Below are positions 25,035 through 39,818 of a stretch of DNA of 64,000 nt, in pieces. This stretch comes from Octopus vulgaris (Eukaryota): NCBI GenBank assembly GCA_951406725.2, contig OX597832.1:36890001-36954000 (forward strand), given 5' to 3'. Below the pieces are notes generated by a model. That model did no database searches, was not told the DNA's origin, and was given only the letters and a program-made list of their open reading frames with translations. Each line of letters opens with the position of its first letter. The first letter of the stretch is position 1. Both the position numbers and the translations under genes were made by a program.

Positions 25035-27599
25035 GCCTAAACACTGCTTAGCGATAACATTTCATTTTATTTTTATATATATATATCAGTTATTGCCATA
25101 ATCCTGGTAATATCTGATATCTCCTTACCATGACTTCTATATTTAAGTCTGTAGAGAGATGAAAATAGATTTTTTTGTTCTTTCTTTGCTAGAATATGAA
25201 GACACTGCAATTAAGAGATGTCAGTGAAGTCAATCCATCAATATATGAATTGTAGGAAGACCATAAAGTTGAAAGGATTCTCCTAAATTACCAGACTTGC
25301 ACTCTTTGTTTTTATGTCACTACAATATATCAACTAGCACCTTTAAGATTAACTGTGACTGGTGTCGCCCCCTGTTTGTGATCGCCAACAGTTGATGTCA
25401 ATAGTGAAGATATCAATGTTAAGACTCTTGTTGCTCTCCTCCTGAATTCCTTAAGTTTCTTTCTTACATAAAGACAACAACTGCATGTGTTGCAGCATTT
25501 AAGGCTTACTGTGAGCATCTCTCTCTTTCTCTCTCTCTCTATCTATCTCGTGTGTGTGTGTGTGTAGGTGAAATAGACATCAGAGATGCTTTACCCCATG
25601 AAGAAACTGCAGGGGCTGTTCAGAGGTTTTGCAAGCTCTTCTTATATATATTAACCCTTGGACACTCAGCTGTTTGGTAGTCGTAAAGGTTCATTGTGGC
25701 ATATGGTATCTTGGCACTTTTAGACTTGATGGAACCCATCTTTATCCAGGCTTGACCATAGCTAATTTCCTTCAGAAAGAGTGTAAGAAAGAAAAGACTT
25801 GATTCGAGTGGTGGATTAGCATTTATTCCCAAAACAAGGACGGGCAAAATGACCACGGTAGAATTTAAACTCTGAATGCAGAAAATGAGCAATTATCACA
25901 AACCAATCAATCCAGTCTTCTAACAACCCTGCCATAACGAGGTTTTGTGTTTCCCTCCACTGCAGAGCACACTGGACAAATATCTTCTGCCATTGTGTCA
26001 GGTCAACCCAAGCTGTGAATGAAATTAGGTGGCCAGAAACCGTATGTTAGCCTACCAGATGAATTTTAACTACAATTCAAATGACTGCTTCTTGCACCCT
26101 ATTACACCTCTTGATTACATGCCTATGGGACACTCTGCTGCTTATATTATAAGTCAATGAATAGGTTGCACTATGCATTACTAAGAAGGGATGATTTCTC
26201 TTTATACCTCACAAGAGAAAATATATACACTGGTACAACTGTGTGTTCAACATTGGTTAATGGCACTGTGTTGTAGAGGTCATTTGGTTGCAACTCACTG
26301 CTGGTCCATCAGATAAGTGACCAGACCATTCCAGTCCTGGTGTCCTTGTCTTTTATTCAAACATGGTGTATTGTTAGCTATATTCTCATACATCTTTATT
26401 CTTTTCAAACCAATAATGTAATATGAGGATGCTGCTGCTACTATCTCTAGCAGGTTGAGTGACCACATTGAAACTCCCTCATTAGCTTCTTTGCCATTTG
26501 TAAGAAGACATAGAAATAAGGTGAACCAACACTAAATTCTTTAGCCATATTGTCATAAGGATCCAGCATCAGTTTAATTCCTCGACAAATATAAAAATGT
26601 ATGTCATGCTTTTAAAAATAAACAATTCATTTTACTCTAATGTTTTATTAAACTAATTATGGATTTCAAAATATTTTTATGGATACACTTAGAATAATTT
26701 ATGATGTACTTTGTAACTGCTTGCAATGTTGGTTAAATTATATCCAGATGTTGAGTGATTTACAAGGAGCAATATCTGATGACCTGCTGGTGGTAGAAAA
26801 ACATTGTCCATGCCTGCAGTAGAGGTTATGATTGGAGAATTTAGTTACTGCTTCTAACAAATCAAGTAATTGTGTAGAAGCTGGTTATTGATATTGAAGG
26901 GGTTGGATTGGTAGAAGAGTTGTATCGTATTTAGCTATGCCTCTTCACGCTGCAAAATACTTGGGGTCACTTCAATCAAGTGGGCCCTTCACTTTTAAAT
27001 TTACGGTTTTGTTCCAGTGTAGAAAGTGTTGTTGTTGCTTGGTACATGGAGTATTTCTTCCTGAATTACTTGATTTTTTTTGTTTTACACTTACAAAGGG
27101 CTTCAGGATATTTAAATGTCCACCCAGTTACATGAGAAAAAAAAAAGATTCATCCTTAACCATTTTATTGTGTACATATGTTTTCGAAAAAAATCTTTTT
27201 TGCTTTGTTTAGTAGTTCAATGTGTCTATCTGCGTCGTAGTTAGAGGAAGTGTTAGCCACAATGGAGATAGCTGTGAATACATCCTCCTTCTCAAAATGT
27301 CTTGTGACCACACAAACAGATTTTCAAAAAATGACAGGCACAGTTACAAAGACAATGCTAAATGACAATAGCAACTGATCTTTTGCTTGTATTGTGACAT
27401 GGAATAACTACACACAAAATGAAAAGAGAACTTCTTGTTCAAAGAATTTAGGCCAGGAAAGGGCAAAGTGGAAAGAGACATTTCTCTGCTTTACAAAAAT
27501 GGGAGTATTTTTATTTGTCCTTGAAAGGGTAGTTTGAGGGAACCTGGCCAATATGTGGCAGAATGTATGGTCCCTCAATATGGCCAGGGTATATAGAAG

Positions 27600-27790
27600 T
27601 ATGTGCTTATCGTCTGCCGTTATGTTCTGAGTTCAAATTCCACCGAGGTCGACTTTGCCTTTCATCCTTTCGGGGTTGATAAATTAAGTACCAGTTACGC
27701 ACTGGGGTCGATATAATCGACTTAATCTGTTTGTCTGTCCTTGTTTGTCCGCTCTGTGTTTAGCCCCTTGTGGGTAGTAAAGCAATAGGT
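27600..27790 (+). mobile_element. SINE family C (Meta-domain-like), well preserved
   Basis: B-box gagttcaaattcc followed by gtcgactttgcctttcatcctttcggggttgataaattaagtacc. CpGs are retained. Lies about 110 bp upstream of the PDZ3 exon. Confidence 0.8.
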
Positions 27791-27899
27791 ATCAACTACC
27801 CCTTCTCTGTGTCTGGATCTGAAACCATTATTATTGTTGTTGTTATTGTTGTTGCTGCTGTTTTACTAATTTCTCCATCCCTTCTTCTTATAATTTCAG

Positions 27900-28056
27900 A
27901 GAACCAAGAAGAATAGTTCTAAACAAAGGCTCGACTGGTCTAGGATTCAATATTGTTGGTGGTGAAGATGGAGAAGGGATTTTTGTTTCATTCATTTTGG
28001 CAGGGGGACCTGCCGATCTCAGTGGAGAGCTTCGACGAGGTGACCAAATACATTCG
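27900..28056 (+). CDS. dlg1: Discs large (Dlg) MAGUK internal exon, N-terminal part of PDZ3
   Basis: Acceptor tttcag at 27894-27899, donor gtaagt at 28057. One nt plus 52 codons: [52 protein letters not shown], the GLGF-containing PDZ3 of Dlg/PSD-95/SAP97. Confidence 0.97.
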
Positions 28057-29296
28057 GTAAGTTTCCTATGCTCCTCCTTCTTCTAATACAGCTCACATGT
28101 CTCTTGTTATCCATAAGTGTTTTGTCACTGGTTTCCTGTAGTGTTAAGTGGATGTGAGATAAATCTTCACCTGGATAACACAGCACAGAAAACTTTGTCC
28201 TGTGGAAGAAAGTAAATCCTGGAACTGCAAAATAACGAGCTACTCCTCGATCTTCCACGTAGCACTTCAGCTATACACATACAGTCCGGTGAACTACACC
28301 ACCTACTTCTAGCTATAGTACCAAGTTACAGCGAGGTGAACTCAGTGAAGTCAACCTAGCAGTTAAATACCTGGGCCTATGGCACAAAACAATACCTCTG
28401 ATATAGGAACCACTGACTTTCAGGTTCGTTGTCTGCTGCATTATATTTGTTCACTTCTCTGCAGTACTTTCAAGTAATTCTAAATTTTTATCATGAGCCG
28501 AATCACAAGTACATCAAGTGATTCATCATCAATATTTAAAGTCTGTTTACAATGCTGGCATGGGTTGGATGGCTTGACACAAGCTGGCAACACCGGGTTC
28601 CATGGTCTGTTTTGGCTTGGTTTCTATGGCTGGATGCCTTTCCTAATGCCAACCACTTCACAGAGTGTACTGGGTGTATTTTTTTTACATGACACCAGCA
28701 CCCACACCAATGCTTTTTAAGTGGTACCTTGGTTGTAGTGGGTGCGTCTTCTCGAGTACAATCCATTGATTCATGTTCCCATAAATCTATGTTAACAACA
28801 GGTTGCTTGTTATACTCCCTATATTACAGTACTCCTCCTACTCTCACACTTATCATTTCTGTCTTCATTCTTCAGTCATTTTTCATTTGCACATGCACGC
28901 ATGCACACATACATTCACAACTCTGAAGTGGGGGGGGGGGCTATTCACAACTTCTAACTAGCTTTTATGTTAACCACATAACCCAAAATTACATCCCAAA
29001 AGTTGAGTTCAACTTCAGGGTCAGAAAATGCTTCCAGCCCTGTATATTGTCACCATATACAAGATTTTAAGGTGCAGTTGTGCAAGTTAGGTTGATTCTA
29101 GATTTGAAACAGCTGAATCAAGACATCAGTTGAATTACACAACAGAATTATTTCGTGTCTTACTTATAATTATTACATTATAGGTATTTTCATGTGGTCT
29201 TTACATTATTCTATATCAGTTTACTTTGGGGGAGGACAGCTTTTTGCATGTTTATTCCTTTCTATTGAAATGTATGTTTCTACTTCTATACTCTGT

Positions 29297-29620
29297 GAAG
29301 GTTCGTGGCTTAGTGGTTAGAGTGTTGGGCTTACAATCATGAGGTTGTGAGTTTGATTCCTGGACCAGGTTATGTGTTGTGTTCTTGAGCAAGACACTTT
29401 ATTTCATGTTGCTCCAGTTGGCTCAGCTGTGGAAATGAGTTGTCATGTCACTGGTGCTAAACTATTGCTTTCCTCTTGGATAACATCAGTGGCATGGAGA
29501 CTGGTATGCATTAGTGACCGCTGGCCTCCCACAAACAGCCTTTCCTGGACTTGTGCCTTGGAGGGGAACTTTTTGGGGGCAATCACATGGTCATTTGGGA
29601 CCAAAGGAGGGTCTTTTTCT
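29297..29620 (+). mobile_element. tRNA-derived SINE (family A)
   Basis: Collinear with 2660-2987, with A and B boxes tggcttagtggttag and gagtttgattcc. Confidence 0.85.
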
Positions 29621-30691
29621 TTACTTCTTCCATACTCTCTGCTAGAAATAAGTCAAGTTTCCTTCAAATCACATTCTTTTGTCTTAAAGTAGGAAGAATG
29701 TATTGGATGATGGTAGTTTTCAATGTATTTCATCTGAGACGAAGAAACACATTGCAATGATCAGAGCTAGAATAACGTTTGATCATAGCTCTGTTCAGTC
29801 AGGACTGACCTAGGGCTAAACAACAGCAGCAGATAATTTGGTAATGAAGACAATCAGCGTCAAGGTGGACGAAGACTGAAGTAGTTTAATGACTGGTGTC
29901 ATTTGATTGTTATTTATGAAGCAAGACAACCGCTGGGTCAACCTGCTTTTGGTAATAAATAACTGTTTAATGCTTCGGGGGGGGGGGGGGGTGAGGGAGA
30001 AGTGCAGGGGTAGGTAGAGTCAGCTGACTCAATCCTTGTATGTTACTGCATAAGGGAACTTCTCAGCCCACAGCCAGGCTGTGGATGTTTTTAATGGAAT
30101 GTTATTGTTGATTGAGGTGATATTGTTGTTTAGTGCCTTGTCAGCTCTGATTGACCAAATATGCTTCAGTCGTGATCGTTTCATTGCTTTACATAAGCAA
30201 GACTACGTTGTCCAACGTGTCCTTCCTTTTTAAGAGTGTAGGTTATGCTGCCAGGGAGGTTTTATCTGGTTTTTTTCTAGCAGATCAAGTGCCCATGTAA
30301 GACTTCCTTCGTTGGCCCGAGGACTGTTTGATCAACCTTTGACAACAAACAAACAACAGAGCCCATCCTATCAGGATTTGAATGCAAACATTAAGTTATT
30401 TGGAGTTAACATGAAGGGAAATATAATCAGTTACTGATAATTAGTCAATTAACTGTTAATTATCAACTCTTCAGAGACAAAATAGTAAGCATAGTTTGGT
30501 TGGACTGAAAGTAGAAAATCTGAGGCAGCAAACTTAGATAAATTCTCTGCTGCACCAAAACAAGAATTTCCTGTTGTCGTTCTGCTAACCACACACTCCT
30601 ACCATTTCTTTCTGTCTTTCAGCTGCCAACTCCACAACGCTATGTCCTCTTATTCATTTGGCCACTATTAATGACCATCATCGTCATCACC

Positions 30692-30880
30692 AACCCTTTT
30701 ATTACTCTATTTCTATCAAAACACATTGATTTGGAAATAATGAAGAATTTACACTGGTGTTTGGGCTATAAATTAAAATGAAATCTTAAAAGGTGGTTTT
30801 AAATGAGATCACTTAAAACCTCCAAATTTTTAGCATAGATCCAAGAACAGTCTCCGGTGGGTTGGTATCAAAAAGGTTAA
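30692..30880. mobile_element. piggyBac-like MITE (family P2)
   Basis: aaccctttt ... ggtatcaaaaaggttaa termini. Confidence 0.65.
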
Positions 30881-32639
30881 AACTGGTGGAATAACAGTAA
30901 CACAATGGATTACAATATTCAGTTAGATTCTGTGCTGCTTTATTCTCACTTTTCAATAGAATGAAAGGCCACATCAGCTGCCACTTCTCCGCATATTTCT
31001 GGTCATGTCTCCAAGTTTCATCTTGGCAATTTTTTTAGTGCTCACACCATCTCTGTGCTGCTGGGAGATATACCTGTGATATGTTTGCGATTCCATTTTA
31101 AACAAGTCATTTACTTGTGATCAATATGGTGACAAACAGTTCACCTGTGATAACCTGTTCTAGTTTTGTTTTTTTTATTCTTGGTTTTTCCAATGTTAGG
31201 TATGCTTTGGATAGATTTGTAATGTTTCATCGCATGACACATCTCTATTTAATGTCTCTCATTTATATGTTTTTATCTTCACATCTAACCTGGCTACTTC
31301 TTTACAACTCTCCCTTCATCAATCTCTCCATGGATACCTTCCACTATCTTCTAGATTTGTTTGTATGCTGCAGAGAGTGTAGCTTTGCTAAACCTGAAAT
31401 AGTCACACATTATATTTAGGCAAATATAATTACTGTTAGCTAGTTCTATCCTTTCAAGTACAAACCCCCATCTAACATAAAATAGAAATGTTATTTATAG
31501 CTGAGCTGGCACCAATACCTCTACCAAACAGACAAAATAATGACTCCCCAGCTGTTTGAGGGAGGTCAACACTGTGACTTTTACACCCAAAAATCTAACA
31601 TGTTAACCACCCCATTGTCACACCTCTGTTTCAATTAACTGTTATTTGAGCAAGTTTCTTGTATATTGATTTGGTATTGATCTCCTTATCTAGCTATGAT
31701 AACCTAATCGATGAACCTACAAATCACTCTCTCTCTCTCTCTCACAAACTCTATTTAGTAGAAGTAGCAACATTAACTTTTCTTCATGCTGCTGCTACTG
31801 TTGTGGTTAGTTGTAAATCTGTTTCTTGTAATGTAGGGCTGAGAAACGGTAGGTTTATTGAACTATTCCTTGCTATTTTGCATCATCTCTACTTCCTCTC
31901 ACTTGCTGTCACAACAAATCAGAGAATGGAATCACTACAATAGATCAATATCTTCAACAATCAAAATCTTCTCAATTCAATTGATATTGTAAAAATATTT
32001 TTATAAAGTATCATTATTCTACTTGCTTAAATTCTTCAAACATTTGCACAAAAGAGGAATTAAATTTTTTTCACACCAATTGCTGTGAGCTTTAAGGTAT
32101 TGATCAAACTAACCCTACTGCAACCCTTGCACCTCTTTTCTTTTGTTTCTTTACTCGACATGACCTCAGTCTGTTTGGTCCTACAAATTTTTTATGATGA
32201 AATCGCTTTGCAAATGAGATTTATGAAGGGGCTCAGCTGTTGAGAGGAGAGAATGTTTAATATTTCTATAATTTAATAAGGGTTTGAACTGAAGCAAATG
32301 TAGTGTAGATAGAAATAATTTTTAAAATATTTTTATCTCTACAGATGAGGTTTGTGGCCTGGAGAAAAAAATGTTATACAACTTAAACATTTATTGAATT
32401 AAATATATAAATTACAAAACTGAAGACCACGTTCTGTCAGCTGATATAACAAGTCAATGGTAAATTCTGATAATCAATTATCAAGTCATTGGCAACATTT
32501 ATATATATATATATATGGAGGTGATGACAAGTGACCAAAACTTGTAGTGTTTTGCTGCTTCAGAAGACATTTCAAGCTAAGTGAAATCATAGTCATGGCC
32601 CATGACGGCGACATGTCAAAGACACCCAGTACACTCTGT

Positions 32640-32810
32640 AGAGTTGTTGGTGTCTTTTACAGAATTATTTTTACCAGCTGAGTGGACTGGAACAACATGA
32701 ATTGAGGTGCTTTGCTCAAGAACACAATGCACTGCCCAGTTTAGGAATCAAAATCACAATCTTACGATCATGCAGCCAACACCCTAACCACTAAGCCATC
32801 TGCCTCCTCT
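32640..32810 (-). mobile_element. tRNA-derived SINE 5' part
   Basis: ttgctcaagaacacaa...ccctaaccactaagcca is the reverse complement of the family A head. Confidence 0.75.
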
Positions 32811-33109
32811 TGGTAATGAACCAAATTTCCTAACCGCATAACCATGTCTGCATTTTCACCAAAATGTGAGACTGCTAGATATATTGTTTTTAGTGGTTCC
32901 ATCTTGGTGTTTGTGCCTCCCATAACCTTTAGCCACTCCTTAAGGGTTTCTGTTTATGTATGTTGAGGGACAATGCACATTTTCAATTCCAAATCACTTT
33001 TTCTTGATCTCATTAAGAAAAGAAATTGGATTTTTTTTTTAGAATATAATTTGTCTTATGTGCAGACAAATATAATTATGATAATAACATTAATAATGAT
33101 TTTTTTTTA

Positions 33110-33470
33110 CTTATGTTATGAATCTAAGAATTTGGGAAAAAGGATTGGTTGTCTTTATTGGCTCTCAATGTTTTGAGTGGTGCTTTATTTTATTGTCCCT
33201 TGAAGAATGAAAGGCAGAGCTAACTTCAGTGTGATTTGAACTCAGAAAGTTATGTGCTTAAACAAATACCACAAGGTATTTGAGCTTCAACAGTTTAGTC
33301 TTTACCCATTTCGTCTATCTTCAGAGTTCAAATTTCCCTCTAGATCAACATTGCTTTTCATCCTTTTGGGATCAATAAAATAAGCACCAGTTGAGCTCTG
33401 GGGGGTGTTGTGATCAACTTACTCACTCCCCCGACATTACTGGCCTTGTGCCAAAATTTGAAACCATCAT
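33110..33470. mobile_element. Adjacent inverted pair of SINE family C fragments
   Basis: A - copy (gaatgaaaggcagag...tttgaactcagaa, about 33205-33247) is followed by a + copy (cagagttcaaat...ttttcatccttt, about 33322-33370). Confidence 0.7.
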
Positions 33471-36096
33471 TATTGTTGTTATGATTATTATTAATAATAA
33501 TAATAATAATAATAATAATGATGATGTTGATAATTTTTTTTGTTGCCAGAATGATGGATGAGTAGGAAGCAATTCCTAGACAGATAAAGGATTTACATCA
33601 GAAAATTAAATAAATGTAAAGGGAAGTATAAATGTATCTGGTGTAGAAATACTGTATGATGCCAATAACCCAGTTGGCCTGATAGAGGAGTGTCAACTTG
33701 TCCTTGGGCTTCAGATGCCATTCTCATACTTTTTGAATGATGTCTTTTATAAAGTCACCTGACTAATTAACTGAGAATTTTTGGACAGAAGCCAGGCACA
33801 TTATTAAAAAAATCATGAGGAAAAATAGAAATGGAACAGGAAATGCTGTGCCCCAAATTTAGTGAATACTTGCTATTCTGGGTATTTCTCTTCTCACGCT
33901 CTGTGTGTCTGTATGCATGGGTATCTCCCTGCCAATTTTCATTTGTGTGTGCATGCGTAATTTTTTTTTTTTTTTAATTGGGGGTACTAAAGCAATTTTG
34001 TCAAGGACAAGAATTTGAATAAAAATGACTCAAGTGTACCTGGGATGGGTAAGTAAAAGTACCATGAACTGGAATATCAGAACCGTTTAAATCTGGTGCT
34101 TTGGTGGCATGTGGCCTAGTGGTTAGGGTGTTGGGCTCATGATTACAGGATTGTAGATTCAGTTCCTAGTCCAGGTGGTTTGTTGTGACCTTGAGCAAGG
34201 CACTTCATTTCACAGTGCTTTAGTCTACTCCACTAAAATACATAACCAGCTCAGTGCCGGTGCAGCTCTCTTTCTCTTTAGCAATCATATATTTGGTGTC
34301 CTCCTGGGCCAAGGGTGGAACACACTGTCACTGCCTGTCTGCGACAACAGACACACCTAAAACAATTAGTGAAAGCAAAGTACATGCTACCAAATCATGC
34401 TCACTTGTGAGCGATAGGCTTCGGTTTTTAATTGTTGTTGTTGGTGCTACTGACGATGTTGTGAAGCTTAATGAAATGTAGGAATTTTGCGTAGTTAATG
34501 TGGTGATGTAGGTAGCACAGATATCGATTGTACAGTGTGTGGTAGGTAATAACATGGATAGATCCAGTGTGTGTGTGTGTGTGTGTGGTAGGTAGCACAG
34601 GTATTGTAGAGTGACAGATTACTATATTGCATGAGCGGTCTTACAGTCGGAGTGCTGACTGATTCTTGGAGTGGGAGGTGCTTTGTACTAAGTGGAGCTA
34701 GCAGATGGTGTTGCTCATCCATTTACTGTCAGTTCTTTTGATACCAAACTACTGAATTCCTCTTTTCTCTGCTTGTTTCTTTGACACAGATCTACCATAT
34801 CTTAATTTCACAAACTTTTTTGTTAAGATTCTGCTCAATACATCAGCTTTATATTGAGGAAAAAAAAAAGTTACTTTTCTATGCAAATTCTTCATTATTT
34901 ACAAAACTAATTAAAACACACTCTGTTACTCTCATGCTTTAGTATTACCCATTATTATCCATCACTCAGTCTCTCTCATCAGCTAACATGGTAGTTGCCA
35001 TCACCAACTCTCTTCTGTTATTGTCTCCTTCACCAAACTCTCTCACTCAGCCTCACTCGTCTTCTATTCATTCTCTCGATCATGTTGCCTTGATTGAATG
35101 GTGGTGAGGGCATTCAGTCTTGCAACCTCAGCTGTGTTGATGCCCCAAATAAGCTGCAGCCAGTACACTCTGTAAAATACTTAAGGAATGAGTAGAGACA
35201 ACATAGAGAAGAGGATAACTTAGGGTTACAGAGCACTAGATAAGGTCTGTAGTAAGTAGGATTACGGAGAAACTGTATCAGAAATAGTATGTACAAACAA
35301 GACTTGGCCCTCTTGCTCATTTAGGACAGTAACTCCATGTAGAAGCTGCTTCAGATCATGATGACCTGCAGAACCCATGCTGGCATGGAAAGTGGACATA
35401 AAAATGATTAATACGCTGGTGGTAGCAGTGGCAGCAGGTTGTGTATTTCATTGAAACTGTGGTCGTAAAAGGTTTAAGGCAAATTTATTATCTTTGAGAA
35501 GCGATATTCAAAACAGGCTTGTGTGCACACACACACACACACTCTCTTTCTTCTCTCCCCATCTCTCTCTTTCTCTTTCTCTCTCTCCTCCACCTCTTTC
35601 TCTGCAAATAGTATAACATTAGACATTTATAAATACCAATTTGAGATTGAAAAGGGAACAATAAATCCACTCATGGAATTTATTCTTTGTTTGCCAAGCA
35701 ACCATTGTGTGTGTTTGTGGAGTAATGTATACATGTGTGTGTGTCATATATAGCGTGTGTGTACATGTGTATGTGTGTATGTTTGAATTACGTTTACGCT
35801 TGTATATGTGTGTGGGTGTGTTTGGACACAGGTAGACCTATTGTGTTTGTTTTGTGAGGACTTGGATTAAATTACAATGCATGGAATTGTGGGCAAGTTT
35901 CTCTCCCAGAATCAGGTCATTGCTCCTTGCCTTGTGAGCAAAATGCGGGTAGAGAGAAACTGTATGGAACCGTGTTGGGTCTACTTTACTTGTGATTCAA
36001 AGGTCCATCTTTGTTGCTCCACACTGGGCACAACCTGATCCCTCCTTAAGCCACACACGTTTGAGAAATACCCTGTCATACTGCCAAATCATATGA

Positions 36097-36390
36097 TTAA
36101 CCCTTTAGATACCAGTCCACCTAAGACTGTCCTTGGTTCTGTGATACAAACTTCTTGTTTTACAGTTTGCACATTAATTTATGTCCCAAACACCATCTTA
36201 ATAATGACTAAGTTATTTTATTAAAACTTACATAAGAGCGGCTGTGTGGTAAGTAGCTTGCTTACGAACCACATGGTTCCAGGTTCAGTCCCACTGTGTA
36301 GCACCTTGGGCAAGTATCTTCTACTATAGCCTCAGGCCAATCAAAGCCTTGTGAGTGGATATGGTAGACGGAAACTGAAAGAAGCTCGTC

Positions 36391-36443
<53 letters not shown>

Positions 36444-36669
36444 TGTGTGTGTGTGTGTGTCTGTGTTGACAAGCGATGCTGGGGTGTTTCTGTCCCTGTA
36501 ACTTAGCAGTTCAGCAAAAGGGACCAATAGAATAAGTCCTGGGATCGATTTGCTCGACTAAAGGCGGTGCTCCAGCATGGCCACAGTCAAATGACTGAAG
36601 CAAGTAAAAGAGTATTTTAAAAAACAAAGGCAGTGTATTTCAGCAGATACATGGTAACAAAAGGGTTAA
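36097..36669. mobile_element. piggyBac-like MITE (TTAA flanks) interrupted by a SINE
   Basis: TTAA|ccctttagatacc ... gtaacaaaaggg|TTAA. The MITE body breaks at about 36233 and resumes at about 36615. Confidence 0.75.
36234..36614 (+). mobile_element. tRNA-derived SINE (family B) with internal (TA)n(TG)n
   Basis: ggctgtgtggtaag...ggttcagtccc...ccttgggcaagt...ggcggtgctccagcatggcc...aagtaaaagagta. Inverted copies at 50820-51140 and 62420-62765. Confidence 0.88.
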
Positions 36670-38923
36670 AGACTCCACAATTTAAGAAAAGGACTCCTTC
36701 ATATTTAAGGTGTAGAATGTATCTTAAGAACAGGTACAAAGGCTAAACAAATTTGCAGCTCACATGGGTTAGAGAGTTTGTTGAGGCAGATTTTCTGTGA
36801 CAGAACTCCTTCCCTATTTCCAGCCTTTACCAGTTTCTGAACTAGGTTATATTTTCTCATGGCCAGACATGCTTTCACACAAAATTTGGAAACATTGCCA
36901 GGAATTATAGAAGACCCTTGTGCAAGGTACCACACAGTGGGACTGAACTTGAAAACATGATCAGGAAGTGAACGTTTGAGAAACACATCCATTTCTACAC
37001 CTCTCTCTCTTTCTCTAAACACACACACACATGCACGTACATACATATATCATGCTCATCACCATCAGTGTCCATGTTCCATGCTGGCATGGGTTGTATG
37101 GTTTTTACAGTTGGCTGCCCTTTCTTATGCCAACGACATTACACAGTGGACTGAGTGCTTCTTAGCCTGGCACCAACAGCGGCAAACTCCTCTGTTTGAC
37201 ATAGTTTTTATGGCTGGGTGCTCTTCCTAAAACCAATCACTTCACAGTAAATTGAGTGATTTTTACTTAGCACCAGCACTGGCAAGGTCTGCTTAGACAT
37301 GGTTTTTATGGTTGGATGCCCCTACACACACATGTATTTGTGTGTGTGCATTAGAGCAAGACTAAATAGCATTCCTTTAAAGTCAATAAAATAAATGTTT
37401 GTTGTATACCGAGGAATGCACAAGTTCACCTGGTCCTACATATTTCTGCTAATCTGAGTGAGTGAACTCACCTAACAATACCTTCATTTCATGCATTTGT
37501 GTCATTGTGTGTGAATGAAGTCTCAAAATATTGTGACAACCATGTCACACTTTCTGCTCTCATTTACTTTTCTATCATTATCAACTTTATTTACATCACT
37601 TTGGGGAAAGATATGAATGCCTCGACTTCCCATTCACTTTTTCGTTTTTAACCTGAAATCTTCATCTGGAGACAAACACCTCAGCTTCTACTTTTGGTTT
37701 CTGTCTTCAGTTATTTCACTTCATAGAATCAAAATGGACTTAAGTCCACCACTGAATTGTATATTCTTCGACCAATTATTACTTTTCTTCTCCTTAATGA
37801 AAACATATTGACATTCTAAAGGTTTAGGACTTCTGTTTTGTACAGGTCTTAAATATTTTCTCTGTCATATCTGGAAATACTGATCTATTTATAGCGTTTT
37901 AATGAGCTTCATAAAGTGCTAGAGTAATTTTTAAAATATCAGATATGGGGAAAAATTCACTTATTCAGCAACCCTCTGGTTTTAGTTCCAGCCAATTGTA
38001 GATGATGTAGACTTTTTGTTCTCTACGGCAAGAGTCTAAGGATGGTATATATACCAGTAATATACTGCAGATAACATGATTAACTGTACTCACCCATCCT
38101 AAACAGAAATAATTGGCTTTGTGTTAAGACTCATCTCTTTTATTCTAGTTTACAAAGAAGAAAATTGAAATTATGCTCACCAAATTGATGGAGGAGTGTG
38201 GGTGCCGTAGGATTGCTGCTTTCATTAAATTTCAATTAATTTAAATCTTGTATGCTTTAATTTTGGTTTTAATCTCATCCTAATTAGTTATTTTCTTGAT
38301 TTTTCCCTTTTGACCCAAATTTTTGCCAGTAGTAACAAGATATATGGATGTGTGTCTGGGTATGTGTGTGTGTGCATGTATTTAGATATGTGTATGTGGA
38401 TGTTTCTTGCTGTGTGTGCATGCAAGCACTATTTCTGTCACAAAGTTTTTGAGGTATTTTACGAAAATGTTTGTCTTGACTAACTAGATGATGAACGCAT
38501 GAGGAGTTAATTATGTATTTAGGGTAAGTACATATGTAAGTTAGCAGGGCTGGCTATAAATAAAGTTAATCCCCAAATTTAGTTTGAGTTATATATGGTT
38601 ATGTGTATAAGGTGACTGTGGGTGAATGTGTGGGTGTTGTCCCTTTTCTTGTATATATGTTAATGTATATGTAAATGACATGTAGCAAATATATTTTCAT
38701 ATGTGCCTACATGCATGTGTATCTGTACATATATACAGGGTTTGAACAAAATAATGGAAATACTTAGCATCAAAGCATCATAATTTTGAAATATCTATAA
38801 AACCATCAAAAACTTGTTCATTTTTATGTTTTTTGATTTATTATTAGTGTTTTGCTAAAATTGCTATTTCTTTACAGATATCTTCAGAAAAAGATAATTA
38901 AAATGACAGATCCTTCGAACTTT

Positions 38924-38954
<31 letters not shown>

Positions 38955-39818
38955 GGGTTCTTTTTCAGTTTCCATGTATTAAATCCACTCAGAAAGCTTT
39001 AGTCACCTTTGGTAGAAGACACTTGCCCATTGGGACTGAACCTGAAACCACATGGTTGTGAAGCAAACTTCTTAACCATACAGCTATGCTCTAGTGTGTG
39101 TGTGTATAATCATCATTTAACATCCATTTTCCATGCTGGCATGGGTTGGATGGTTTTACAGGAGCTAGTAAACCAGAAGCTAGCACCAGGCTTCACTGTC
39201 CATTTTTGCATGGTTTTTATAATTCTAACACCAACCACCTTGCAGAATGGACAATAGGTGTGTGTGTGTGTGTATTACAAGTATGTGTTTGTGTGTGAGA
39301 GCAATAAAATGCATTTGAAAGGTAATGTGTGAATGATTTATTTTTGAATGAAACCTGAAAGAAAATTACTATATTGGATACTTATCTCTCTTATTTATAA
39401 TTTAGTGAAAGGAAATTGACAGGGGGATAATACTTTGTTTCATTGTAACAATAACTCCTTCATCCCCCCCCCAGTCCACATCCATTTGTCATTTCAGTCC
39501 TCCCACTACTACTGTGACTACTTACAAAATCACATTGTAAATTATTTTATGTGTGTGTGTATAAAGTTTATTAGCATCATATTAACTTATATATATTCAG
39601 GAATTATAAACTATAGCCACCTATGCTAACAATTTCTTATATGTTGTGTTGGTATATGCATGAATGCATCTTAACAATTATATATGCTTTAATGTATGTC
39701 AATATAAACATAAATTACTTGTGTGTGTATATTAAATATATTTTGTTAATATATATACATACATACAAATATAAATTATATTATGTATAATAAACATTTC
39801 TTATGCGTTTAATATATA

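Noticed and set aside
26773-26812. CTGATGA...GAAA...GTC hammerhead-like spacing
   Set aside because: Stem II only forms by consuming the G of GAAA, and stems I and III do not pair convincingly.
28019-28258. Antisense ORF overlapping the PDZ3 exon end
   Set aside because: Short, non-ATG start, mostly over decayed repeat sequence, with no supporting signals.
38736-38900. Tc1-like end (TA cagggtttgaacaaaataatggaaa)
   Set aside because: No matching second TIR or transposase found nearby.
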